DNA of 64,000 nt from Octopus bimaculoides (GCF_001194135.2 NC_069005.1:7771256-7835255); one strand, 5' to 3'. Shown: positions 38,050 to 50,572, numbered from the stretch's first letter. Program-made: numbers and translations. Notes: generated by a model not told the origin, from the sequence alone.

Positions 38050-39454
38050 GCTATTTGTGTTATTACATGCGTACATATGTATGTATGTGTGTGTGTATGT
38101 AATAACACAAATAACTGAATTTCTATATTTCAAAGTAGCTATTTGCTGTTATAGATAGTTTTGTACACTTTTACTGTTAACAATTTTGCCAGTAGAACTT
38201 TTAGTAAATGTAACTGGTTTGTCTCCAGAAGCTATTTTTTCAACAGCTTAATTCCCTAATAGTTGCAATCTTTGATACAGAACATAAAAGTATGACTTGA
38301 AATTTTCAATGTGCTACCCTCATCTCCTGAGGATTCGCACATTTATTAAACAGTGGCAGTTTGACTTTGCAGAGTGTAAAACTTTGTGGATGGATGATGG
38401 TTTTGCAATTTCTTGCTAAACAAATTGCACAGAAGATTTGTTTATAGTGATCAAAATATTTGTTATAGACATTATCTTATTCCCTCCATCAAATCAACAT
38501 TGCCTGTACAGGTGCATGGTGTGCCATAAATCAGCTGTCAAAGTGACTGCAGATGAATGTGAGATGAAGGGTTTTGTTCAAGAACACAATGCACTGCATG
38601 GTCTGGGAATTGAAACCATGATTTTATAATCATGAGTGCAACACTCTAACCACTAGGCCACATGCTTTCACATTAATACATTAATCTCTATTCTTGTAAG
38701 CAGTTGTATGTATGTAGTGTAAACAATATTATAGTCTTATCAAAAGTGTAAGAATGAAAGTGAAACAGTATTATACCACTGAAAAAGAAATTGGAAGTCA
38801 AAAGTGAAACAATAAAGAATTAAAGTGAAACAATTTTATAGTGTTATTAAAATTGAAAGAATAAAAGTGGAACGATATTATAAAGCTATGGTTTTGTTAG
38901 AAACTGCAAGAAGCCTGTCATATGTATATATAAATATATATATACACACACACATATATGTATATATATTGCATATCAGCAAAAGAGACTGTTAGAATAA
39001 GTATTAGGCTTAAAAAAATAAGTTCTGGGATCGATTTGTTTGACAAAAACCCTTCAAGGTGGTGCTCCAGTATAGCCACAGTCAAATGACTGAAACAAGT
39101 AAAAGAATAAATATAGATGTGTGTGTGTGTGATGTCATCAACCGCACTATCAGATGTTATACATCACTGGTCATAATGTGCTTTGCACTGTTTTAGCCAT
39201 CCCACTAGCTAAGAATCCTCTCTTGTTGGAAAGCTAGTCTGTCACAGGGTCACCCATTTACAGCTAAACAGGCAGGAGCAATGTGAAATTTAAGTGTTTT
39301 GCTGAAGAACACAATTCATGCTCAGTTTGAGATTTGAACCCACAATCACAAGATCATGAGTGCAACACTCTAACCACTAGGCTATCTACCTTCACATATA
39401 TTTATATATATGAATGTATGTGTGTCATTAACATTCTCGTCATCATTTAACGTT

Positions 39455-39716
39455 GGCTCTTGTGCAGGTGGCACGTAAAATACACCATTTTGAGCGTGGC
39501 CGTTGCCAGTACCGCCTGACTGGCCTTCGTGCCGGTGGCACGTAAAAGCACCCACTACACTCTCGGAGTGGTTGGCATTAGGAAGGGCGTCCAGCTGTAG
39601 AAACTCTACCAAATCAGATTGGAGCCTGGTGTAGCCATCTGGTTTCACCAGTCCTCAGTCAAATCGTCCAACCCATGCTAGCATGGAAAGCGGACGTTAA
39701 ATGATGATGATGATGT
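39455..39716 (+). mobile_element. SINE family C, well-preserved copy
   Basis: Two GGTGGCACGTAAAA motifs, the GGTTGGCATTAGGAAGGGC module and the tail ACCCATGCTAGCATGGAAAGCGGACGTTAAA(TGA)n. Confidence 0.85.
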
Positions 39717-39930
39717 TCCATGGTTTGGACTATTTGAGAGAATCTAATGGTCTAAGGACTGCATCGTGNNNNNNNNNNNNNNNNNNNNNNNNNNNNNNNN
39801 NNNNNNNNNNNNNNNNNNNNNNNNNNNNNNNNNNNNNNNNNNNNNNNNNNNNNNNNNNNNNNNNNNNNNNNNNNNNNNNNNNNNNNNNNNNNNNNNNNNN
39901 NNNNNNNNNNNNNNNNNNNNNNNNNNNNNN

Positions 39931-40810
39931 CACAAAGCTTGCAAGACGAAGGTTTTCTCTGAGAGGGGACAGCTTTGTGTGAGATGAGAGGTTAAAGTAT
40001 GAGAGAAGGGACCAGAACAGAACAGGTTTCTTGCCAGAGAGGAGCTGCATGGCTACTCACATTGTAAAAAAAGAGATAAAATATCAGTGGTGAGACGGAC
40101 TTGTTGAGGGTGAACCCTTAGGGTATGAGGTGAGTGGGGGTAGAATATGGACTGTAGATGAATAGGAGCTGCATTGATATGAGTGAGAGATGGGAAATAT
40201 AATGAATGAAGAACAAATGTTGAAAGATGTTATTTAGGGAAGATAAAGAAGAGTAGGTGATGACTGCAGAGATTGGGTTGAGTCGAAAGGTGAATGTACT
40301 GAATGATGGATAACCTTTCTGCCAGTTCGCCGCCTTATTGAATGATGGATAAGGTTTGGGGGAGTGACAAATAATGAGTTAGGGGGAGGTAAAGGGAGAG
40401 ATGATTGGTAATACAGAAAGGAGTAGGGTGTGAAGAGCTGCAGATTTGTAATAATGAACAGTAAACTGAGGAGGGGTGAGAGAAAGTGGGCTGTGTGGTG
40501 GTGGTGGTGAGGGAAGGTAGGTGAAGTGCATGGTAAGAGTGTAAGATGCATAGTGGTGGAAAAGGAGAGATAGTGTCATGGTATAAAAAGATGATCAATG
40601 TGAAATGTGAGTGGAGAAGGACAGTATTAAGAAGTAAAAACGTTCTGAGTAATAAGAAAGACAAGTGGTACCAGGGAAAAGCTGGTGAGGTACACAGGTC
40701 TGGTCACATTTTGAGGGCACTGCAGTTCGACTGGTAAAGGAGGGGCCAGTAATAGAGAGATAATGGGTGGTGGGGACGGTTTGAAGAAAAAATTGGGCAA
40801 GGAGCCCCAG
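39931..40810 (-). mobile_element. Possible decayed LINE endonuclease region (CR1/Jockey-like)
   Basis: Purine-rich plus strand; minus-strand remnants such as RRTGRK..DSTQSLQSSPT are only loosely APE-like. Confidence 0.35.
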
Positions 40811-40859
40811 CTGTGCACATTTATATATTTATATTATGCTTCCAGAATTTCAGTTTTGC

Positions 40860-41400
40860 CAAGATGGGCAGGTTTTCTTGTATACTGCATATCAGTCATC
40901 CAGGTCCTTTGTCATCTCTTCTGTGAAGTTCGGCCTTCATGACTTTATTCTATGTCTTCTTGGGCCTCCTTCTTGCAAAAGCTCTATCCACATTAAGTGA
41001 TTAGTACTTCTTTATATTAGTTGTTCTCATCTATATGCAACACCTATCCATACCAGCACAATATTTGTGCACACAATACCTGATTCCTGTTATGCTCATT
41101 TTCCTCTCTTAACACATTTGTACCTTATTTTTAATGCACACTTATGTCCTCTGCATTCTAGGCCCATGTTTTGCTACCATGCAGCATTGCAATTTTAAAA
41201 CATGTGAGATACAATTATTTGCTCTTCCTTCTGACTAAAAGAGCTTTGTTGCCAGCAGTGGTAATAGTTCCTTGTGTATGTCAATGCTTACAATCTACTC
41301 TGAGCTACTGCTACAGACAGTGACATCATCATTTGTAGCTGGGCTGTAACTGCTAACATTTCCCAATCAACAAATCAGCTGCTAGTTGGAGTTGTTGGCT
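40860..41400 (-). mobile_element. RTE LINE 3' fragment (same type as 696-2405)
   Basis: Reverse complement parallels 2000-2400 (ELLPLLATK, WYG..HM, RR.KKT*NKVMKA). Confidence 0.65.
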
Positions 41401-41449
41401 TTGTATTCGTCTAGAATGAAAAAAAAAAAAAAAAAAATTCTTATTTGAA

Positions 41450-41567
41450 CAATGCATGGCTGTATGGTAAGAAGCTTGCTTCCTAACTACATGGTTCCAG
41501 GTTCAGTCCCACTGCGTTGCACCCAAAGCCTTGTGAGTGGATTTGGTAGACAGAAACTGAAAGAAGC

Positions 41568-41611
<44 letters not shown>

Positions 41612-42200
41612 AATATGTTTGTGTCTGTGTTTGTCCCCCAACAATTGCTTGACAACCGATGTTGGTGTTTATGTTCTTGTAACTTAGCGGTTCGGCAAAA
41701 AGGTCCGATAGAATAAGTACTAGGCTTACAAAGAATAAGTCCTGGGGTTGGCTTGTGTGACTAAAAGTTGGTGCTCCAGCATGGCTGCAGTCCAATGACT
41801 AAATCTAGCAAAAGATATGTTAATAAATATTTATGCAAGCATGGCTGTGTGGTAAAAAGTTTGCATCCCAACCACATGGTTTTGGGTTCAGCCCCACTGA
41901 GTGACACTTTGGGCAAATGCCTTCTACTATATAACCTTGGGCTGACCAAAGCCTTGAGAGTGGATTTGTTAAGATGGAAACTGAAAGAAGCCCATCATGT
42001 GTGTGTGTGTGTATTTTGTCTACTGACACTGCTTGACAACTGTTGTTGGTTTGTTTATATCCATGTACCTTGGCAGTTCAGCATGGGTGACTGATAGAAT
42101 AAGTGCTAAACTTTAAGTAAATACTGGGGTGTTATTAAACAAAATCATTCAAGGTGGTGCCCCAGCATTGCCACAGTCTAATGATGGAAACAAGTGACAT
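41450..42200 (+). mobile_element. Two tandem SINE family A copies
   Basis: Head-to-tail copies at ~41450-41810 and 41835-42200. Confidence 0.8.
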
Positions 42201-42579
42201 ATAACACACACAGACACAAATAGACGCATACTCAGAACAAATTAACAGTACTTGAGGTGTGATGCAAACAGTTGCACAATCCCTTGTTGATTAACCAAAC
42301 GAACGAACCTCATTTGTTGAGATTAAAACGAAACCCAAAAGTCAGTCCTAGTCCAAAAGTGAAGACATGACAGGACAGAACATATCCAAAGCAAACTTAC
42401 CATAAAAAAAAATAAATAAAAAATGAAGAAGTTTTAATAAGCAAACAAACAAAATAAGAAGCATTGAAAGCGGGAAAAAAAACAACAACTTTTCGTTCAT
42501 AAAGAATCTATCAACAGCAATGACGTATCTTTTATAAAATTATAAACTGACTTTTATTATTTTTCTATATATATATATA

Positions 42580-42635
<56 letters not shown>

Positions 42636-42811
42636 AAAATATGAAGAAATAAGTCCAAACTATGGTATTTACATGAAATTTTCTCCCCTTATATCAGGAA
42701 GAAGAATGGCTTGGATGTTGAAAAACAAATATGAAGAATATTAATAACTGTTATTGAATTATTATTATTACTACTACTATTACTATTATTATTATTGTTA
42801 TTATTATTATT

Positions 42812-43420
42812 AAGGTGGTAAAGCTGGCAGAATTGCAAGCATGCTGAACAAAAATGCTTAGCAGCACTTCGTCCATTTTCATGTTCTGAGTTCAAATTCT
42901 GTCAAAGTTAACTTTGCTTTTCATCCTTGTAGGGGAATCAATGAAACAAGTACCAGTCTATCCTGGGGGTTGATGTAATCAACTAAACCCTGCCCCAAAA
43001 TCTGACACCACTATTAATATTATTAAGGTGGAAAACTGGCAGAATTGTTAGCACACTGGATAAAGTGCTCAGTGGCATTTCACCTATCTCTATGGTCTGA
43101 GTTCAAATTCAGCAAAGGTAGGCTTTGGTTTTCATTCTTTTTTGTTTTTGGAGGGGGGGTCAATGAAATAAGTACAAGTACTGGGATCAATGAAACTGAC
43201 TAGCCCCTCTCCCCAAATTTCAGACCTCGTGCCTATAGTAAAAAAAAGGATCATTATTATAATAACAATTTCTAACATAGGCACAAGGCCACAAAATTTT
43301 TAAGGTCAAGAAATATTGACTTATACTAAATCCCAGTACTTGACTGGTTCTATGTGTTAATCCCTTGGAAAGATAAGCGGCAAAGACAGCCTTGCCAGGA
43401 TTTGAACTCACAAAATGTAA
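42812..43420. mobile_element. Cluster of three SINE family B copies (+,+,-)
   Basis: Copies at ~42812-43010 (+), 43023-43240 (+) and 43265-43420 (-), each associated with (ATT)n. Confidence 0.75.
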
Positions 43421-43635
43421 AGGGCATTTTTTGAATTTCCACATGTATCTACAATTATACTAAGATTGTATTCTGACTAATGTTTCTTCCTTTTTTTGCA
43501 GTTAAGATCTAGACCAGCCCTAATCATTTTAACATTATACCTCGATTTCTTTAAATCAAAGAAAAATATTTTATCATAATTAAGGTTTTCTACTTTACCA
43601 ATATAACATCTAATATTTTTAAGAATAACTTCTAA

Positions 43636-43866
43636 CCCTTTAGTATTTAAACGGGCCATATCTGGCCCATATCCGACCCAATTGGCTTACCTGTTCTATG
43701 TTCAAAATGGCTAGATCCTGCCTCTCACACCTACCCTACAATGTCATTCTAAATATAAACATTCACATCATTGAAATCTTGAAGCTACAAGATAATGACT
43801 GATTAATTCAAAACAATGTGGATAAATAAGCATTGCATTCGACAGAGTAATCTGAATGCTGAAGGA
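43636..43866. mobile_element. piggyBac-type MITE
   Basis: CCCTTTAGTATT...AATGCTGAAGGA; same body as the 5843 copy. Confidence 0.72.
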
Positions 43867-44301
43867 TTAGCATCCATATCCTGCCCAAATCTGACCTCTC
43901 ACATCTACCCTACAATGTCTCTAATAGTGGGGCCCCGGTGTGGGAGTTCAAGGGCTTTTCCATTATTGTCCCCAGATCTACACTGACCCAAAGTAGTAGC
44001 ACCTGTTAGGGCTAATTACCACAAGAACCACCAGGAGTGAAGCACCCCTAGTAACTGTTAGATTTTCCTTCGAAGAGAATGTAAACTCGTACACCCCACC
44101 ACTGAAATGCAGCTAGTCTCTGGTCATCTCAACCTCTGTCGTGCCAATGGTTTTATAGATGATTGCTCTGAAAAAAGGGTTTAGTGCTGTGCAACATTTT
44201 ATCCACCCAAAACAAATTCATGCACAGAAACTTCTTGGACTCTTGGAACGTTTGCACGGACTGTGTCTAAAAAGTGGTCTTACTTTTATATATATATATA
44301 T

Positions 44302-44690
44302 ATTAGAAATGATCCATTTCTAAATCTCTCAGAGAGACTTGATAAAGCAGTTGTATACTGTCAACTTAATGTGACAGTCCCAATAAGGGAATCATACTAC
44401 TGCTATTTAGCCCTAGGAAGCTGGACTGCTTCCTGTCGGCCTTGACACATTTCCTGTGTCCTTATGCTTACGAGGGGGAGACAAGCACCTCCACCCAGCC
44501 TAGCCTGCATTCAGGGACATGTTTCTGAGGTTTTGCTTGTCATCAGCCTGAAGTAGCATGACTAGCTGGCTGAAGATGCCTGTCAAGCTCTCGTAAACAT
44601 ATATATTTCTAGTGAAACACATTCACTGATTACAAAAATTAGAAATGATCCATTTCTAAATCTCACTGAGAGACTTAAGCAGAGACTTAC
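44302..44690 (-). mobile_element. Retrozyme/Penelope-type unit: 336-bp period with a terminal direct repeat, embedded in (TA)n
   Basis: ATTAGAAATGATCCATTTCTAAATCTC is repeated exactly at 44302 and 44638; a hammerhead core lies between; TA runs flank both sides. Confidence 0.65.
44506..44558 (-). ncRNA. Type I minimal hammerhead ribozyme (stem II degenerate)
   Basis: Minus strand: TGC-TAC-TTCAGG CTGATGA caagcaaaacctca GAAA CATGT C CCTGAA-T-GCA. Intact CUGAUGA/GAAA core, GUC triplet, 6-bp stem I plus a 3-bp extension, palindromic stem III. Confidence 0.7.
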
Positions 44691-44705
44691 AACTACTATA
44701 TATAT

Positions 44706-44912
44706 ATGCCTATAATAGGACATCTACCCGCTAGAAAGAGTAGCAAAAAACTAGATATAATTTTATCTAGCTAAATAGCTGGAAACTATGGTACAGAGTG
44801 TAGACTGGTAAAAATGTTTTTATTTTTCATTCTCTTTCGAAATTATCCCTATTTTTGTGGTATAGAGTTTTTTGCTACTCTTTCTAGCGGGTAGATGTCC
44901 TATTATAGGCAT
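44706..44912. mobile_element. MITE with perfect 47-bp terminal inverted repeats
   Basis: 44706-44752 is the exact reverse complement of 44866-44912; superfamily not assignable. Confidence 0.85.
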
Positions 44913-45637
44913 CTCTATATTTTAAATGAATAATATATATGTAGTCTATTGACTAATTTTTTATTCTCGCTGGACCACTGGTGGTAGATTAAATTTCTAA
45001 AATTTATTTTGCTGCCCTATGATTAATATATATATATATATGTAGAGAGAGAGAGAGAGAGGCAATTATGCAGATAAACAAATTAGATATAACACCTTGG
45101 ATTTGATATAAAAATATCTATATATTTATACATGCATTTTCTACCCTGACGATGGAAGCTCAATTTATCCACTATTTATTTGCTTCTGTTACTGGCTGCA
45201 TATTCTGGTGAACTAAATCTACCAACATTATGACGGATCTCAGAGCCCCCAGAAATAGCTGTTGGACTTGTAACACCTTACTTCCTGCCTCCCCTTGAAT
45301 TTTCTCTGTCATTTGTAACTCTGCATAAATTCGACCGATTAAGATATTAACATCTATATATTTATACTTAAGTATTTGTCTGAAAATCTTCAGGCTTTGC
45401 TTTCTAATATGCTTGCACGTGTGCACACACACACACACACGTTTCCAAATTATGGTTGGTAGGGATACAGAATCCAAGTGGGCACTATAGTCGCATGTAC
45501 CAGTTATTAATGCTGGCTAACTTCTGTAAGTGTATAAAAAACTCCAGTTAGTTTGATTTACTAACTTCAGTCTGTCTTCACATCGGTAAATCCATATGTC
45601 TCTATAGAAACTGCATCTTTCTGGTAGAGAAAATAAT

Positions 45638-45762
45638 GAATTTATAATAAAGGAGAATAGAGACTTACATCCAGTTTTATTCAGCAGTTAATTATTTCTT
45701 TTCATAATTAACTGCTGAATAAAACTGGATATAAATCTCTACTCTCCTTTATTGCAAATTTA
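45638..45762. repeat. Fold-back hairpin (~58-bp arms, 8-nt loop)
   Basis: Arms 45638-45695 and 45704-45762; the inner ATCCAGTTTTATTCAGCAGTTAATTAT pairs perfectly. Confidence 0.85.
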
Positions 45763-47360
45763 TTATATATATATGTATTTTGTATATTAAGTCCAAGTTG
45801 TTATATATAATTTGTTCATTTGCATAATTCCTTCCATATCTGATCACTTGGATTTGTTTTATAGCCACTCTTTACCCCGTGGAATTGGTCCCTCATAAAG
45901 ACATCGGAGCCTAAGTTCGAATCATTTGTCAACTAAATGTTTTCTATACTGAGGATCTATGGATCTCATCTGTTGACTATATATATATAGGTTATCACAG
46001 CTGGTGCCTCACATTTAGTTATTTGAATTTCTTGTTCCCAACTATATATAAGGATGACCACTACATCTGTTCTTTAGGTAAAGACCTGACTTTAGCTGTG
46101 CGTACAAATATTGCATATGTGGTGTATATAATTTAGATGAATCATAGCAGTGGAGTGACATTAAAAATTTGTTAGCCAAAGAAATTGGATGACAGAGACA
46201 AAAGTTTGTGAAACACTGCTTCAGCATCTTGATTGTTGTACAGTCATAGGCCAGCTGTGATCACACAGACTGATAATTTAGGTATTCCAGCCATGACGAT
46301 CCTATCTTTTTTTGTCCAAATGTTATTCCTTATTCATATTTTTTCATTTGGGTTTTTAATTCATTTTCAAATAATTTTTTTTTGTTATGAGAAGCTTATC
46401 ATGTGTGTGTGTACCCTTGTCTAGACATAACTTGATGGTTGTAAATGAGCATCACTGGTCATACAAGCAGGGTTGATCTTTTCCAGTCTTCAGTGAAAAG
46501 ACATGTTTAGCTTTGGGAACAATATTCCCTCTTGTTCAGAAACAGGTGAGGGTTGGCAACAGGAAGAGGAACCAACCATGGAAAAGTGGACGTTAAATGA
46601 TGACGATGACAATGAAGAATCAGACAGGATATAGCCTGAGAATAGGGAATGTGAAACTTGAATAACTAGATCTAAGGTGCCAGCTGTAATAAACATAAAT
46701 AACTCTTGCCTGCGCCTATGGACACTATATATATATAAAAAGATGATGTGAAAATTAAAATGTAGTGAAATAGCATTAGTTTAAAATGCACACATCAGCA
46801 CAGAGAGAGAAAGAGAGAGAGTTTATGAATTGATGAGAGTTTTTTTAATCAATCTAAGAATCTCCATTCTTTGCACTTTAGTTCTGTAAATAAACTATTT
46901 ATTCAAAGAAGTCTTAGTTTTTTTTCTTCTGAAGTCACAGAAGATTAAAAAATTTTTTGCTGACACAGAAACAGATGTTTGTGTGTGTGTATGTAACTGA
47001 GTGTGCATGTGCCTAATGATATCCATCAATGTATATTTTTGAAAAAAAAAAAAATTTTTTTCAACATGAAAAATATGCATGTGTGAAAGGTGGGAGGTGG
47101 GGTGACAGGGAGATGGTGGTTAACACTACCATGTAACCATAATGATTTAAGAAACAATATGAAATCTTTTCACTGGAAGGTTGTATTCTTTTTCTTTTGC
47201 TTGTATAAAACCAGATTTACTTAGCTTTCAATAAATTATAATCAAGGTCATCTTAGAAAGCTAACAAATTTTATATAACATGCTTTTTGTTGATTTTTTT
47301 TAATAGAAATTTCAATTTTGTTTTTGTTTCTGTTTAAAATCCTAAGGTCTCTGATAAAGG

Positions 47361-48601
47361 CTATCGCTCTCTCCTTTCATAAGGCCGGTCGCTGCGTTTT
47401 CTGTCACGCTCATACTCGGGTTTCCTGTTGTAGTTGCGTTCCCTAGAGTCATCACTGAGTCGATACGATCGTTCTCTGCGATAGTCTTCCCCACCAACCC
47501 TCACGTGGTCTGTGCTTGGCCCATCAGAATAGTTCCGACTTCTCTCTGTACCAGTACGGATCCTTTCCGTGTAATTTCTGTCTCTTTGCGGGTAAACACG
47601 TTCCCGCTCCACGTAAAGAGTGCCTCTTTGTCTGTAGTTTGTTGTTTCTCTCTGCAGGTAACCGGTGTCTCTTGACTGAAACCTTCCGTCTCGCTGTGAA
47701 TAGCTCTCGTCTCTTTTCCCATGTCGATTGTCTCTAGAATAATTGTCGTCTCTCTGAGAGTAACCGGAGTTTCTCGGTTGATAATTGCTGTCCCGTTGAG
47801 GGAACCCAGTTTCTCCTCCTCTATGGGCATAGTTGGGGTCTCTTGGAGGAAAGACAGGATCTCTGAGTAAGCCGGTACCGCCTTCCCGTGGCGGATAGCC
47901 ACCTTCTCGTTGTACATAAACACCTCCACCCCTCGATGGATAGGTTCCTCTCCCATAGCCAGACTCACGCCGTGCATAGACATCCTCTCGGCCACGATAG
48001 CTCTCGCCACGCGTTGAATACCTGGACACTCGGTCAGACTCCCTCACCTCTTCCCTGTACTCGTCTTGTTCATAATCTCTGAATTCTTGTCTCTCTTTGT
48101 GTGGTGAACGAATCCCGTAGGTAGTGTGTCGTACCCCGTCAAATCTGTTGCTCCACGAATTGGTAAACCTATCATTGTTATTCCTGCTGTATTCTCTCCG
48201 GCCGTCAAATCTGTTGTCCTGTGGGCGGACACGGTTGCCAGCATCTCCATACGTATTTGATGAAGACGAGGCTACAAACCGTGACTTGGAATCGTATTTT
48301 TCATTGCAGTCATTGTATTTCCGCTTGGGGCAAAACGGTGCCTTCGTGCTTAGGTTGTTGTTGTTGTTTGTTCTGCGGGAGGGGACAGGATGTTGCGAAT
48401 ACTTGTTCATGGTTGAATTTGGAGATTCTGCATGGCCTCTGTGAGTTACTTCAACATCGGATACATAAGCACCGGAACTTGCACCAACTTGAGAATTACT
48501 GCTCGATTTAGACGAAGAATCATCCGAATCTTCTCTTTTGGATTCAGATTTCTTTTTCTTGCGCTTTTTGGACTTTTTCCGAATTTTGCGTTCAAGTTTA
48601 T
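47361..48601 (-). CDS. RBMX2: RBMX2 terminal coding exon (Lys/Ser-rich NLS-like segment, then Arg/Tyr low-complexity tail)
   Basis: Acceptor TTTTCAG|A, phase 1 (G|AT = Asp) matching the upstream exon. Open for 413 codons to TAG at 47363-47361. The KKSKKRKKKKSE segment parallels the RBMX2 basic region. Confidence 0.9.
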
Positions 48602-50349
48602 CTGAAAATAGAAATAGGTGAATTAATATCATCAGAAACAATATATATTTTCAAGAAGTTAAAAAAAATAAAACACCATGGGTAAGAAGCTTGCTTCCTA
48701 AATACATGGTTCTGATCAAAACTTTTTTCGGTGATTTCTATTGATGGAAACTGAAAGAAGCTTGTCATGTGTGTGTGTGTTACTGCCTCCTTGCCATGAA
48801 ATCGTGTGATAGTTGAAAACAAATGTTATTGTCATGCAAGTGGAGTCTTTCATTCATCTTGAAACAGGAAAGGGTTGGAGATAAGAAACGATATCTGGCT
48901 ATAGAAAATCTGTGTCAACAAATTCTGTCCAACCCATGCAAGCATGGAAGAGTCGATGATAAGATATTAATGATAATAAATAGGTGTGTGTGTGTGTGTG
49001 TTTTATATGTATATACATATATATATATAGGCATAGGCGTGGCAGTGTGGTAAGAAGCTCACATACCAACCACTTGGGTTCAAGATTCAGTCTTACTGCG
49101 TAACACCTTGGGCAGGTGTCTTCTACTATAGCCTTGAGCCAACCAAAGCCCTGTGAGTGGATTTGGTAGATGAAACTGAAAGAAATCTGTCATATATATA
49201 TGACAGGTTTATATCATCATCACTGTTTAACGTCCGCTTTCCATGCTAGCATGGGTTGGATGATCTGACTGAGGACTGGTGAAACCAGATGGCTACACCA
49301 GGCTTCAATCTGATTTGGCAGAGTTTCTACAGCTGGATGCCCTTCCTAAAGCCAACCACTCCGAGAGTGTAGTGGGTGCTTTTATGGCACGAAGGCCAGT
49401 CAGGCGGTTCTGGCAACGGCCACATACACACATATAGACCGATATATGAATGTGTGTCTCTTTGCTCCCCCGCCCACTGCTTGACAACTGGTGGTGGTGT
49501 GTTTACAACTATAACTTAGCAATTTGGCAAAAGAGACCAACAGAATAAGTACGAGGTTTAAAAAAAAAAGTACTGGGTTGATTCACTCAACTAAAAATTT
49601 ATATATATATGTCTTTCAAGTGTTTTAATTTTTACATTTTATGAATTGGGATTTTCTCTGGATTTTCGTTTTGCTGCTTTCAGTTTTTGAGCATAACAGT
49701 TAATGCTTCAAGTAGTGAGTCAGAATTGTGTGATATTATTAATCTTTTAATTAGAGAAAGATACACAGGACATAGATAAAATGATTAGAGCAATATTTCA
49801 GGATCATTTACAAAGGCTTTCTGTCTATGTGATGTCTAGGTTTTTATTGATTCTGAGCAGGACTGGAGTTATCATGCACTTGATATTGCATTGATGATTT
49901 CAATGGTAAATGATACTGGTTAGAAGAAAGAAAGAAAGAAAGAAAGAAAAACCCCTATTAATTTACTGATATCTAAATATTTTATAATTCTGTGTGTGTT
50001 GAGAGGCCCCACCTGCTCAAATACTCCCAATTAGCTGAAGGGGCATTTCTCTTTTCCTTTTCTGATATTGCAAGTTACTTGGTGGTCTCACTAGTGTCAG
50101 TGGCATGAAAAAAAGCTCCCAGCACAAACTGGTTGGCATTAGGAAGGGCATCGTACTGTAGAAACCATGCTGAACCCTTGGCATGGGTCCTACAACTCAC
50201 TAGATCCTGTGAAAATGTCTAACCCATGCCAGCACGAAAGACAAACATTAAATGATGATGACGACATCTTCCCAGACGAAAACTGCAACTTCTGGCTTTT
50301 CAACTATGCACATAGATTAAGTATGGTGTATTGATAGAACTAGCTTGTA

Positions 50350-50389
<40 letters not shown>

Positions 50390-50392
<3 letters not shown>

Positions 50393-50517
50393 GGTGTCCA
50401 CAAAGTCTGGGTACATGGAGATTAACACACACTTTAAGAAATTATTAATTTCTTATATTTAATTGTTTATGTTATGATTTTATTTACTCCATGTACCCAG
50501 ACCTTGTGGACACCCTG
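50390..50517. mobile_element. Tc1/mariner-type MITE
   Basis: 31-bp TIRs CAGGGTGTCCACAAAGTCTGGGTACATGGAG (1 mismatch), TA on the right flank, inserted at a (TA)n run. Confidence 0.8.
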
Positions 50518-50572
50518 TATATGATCTGTTTCCTGTATGTGTGTAATTTAGAATCATTTCAATCTGTTTTAC

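Noticed and set aside
47501-48010. 169-aa ORF in an alternative frame overlapping the RBMX2 heptad region
   Set aside because: In this shifted frame a stop needs T at main-frame codon position 2 (hydrophobic residues), which the R/D/E/G/Y-rich tail rarely has. The open frame is a compositional by-product.
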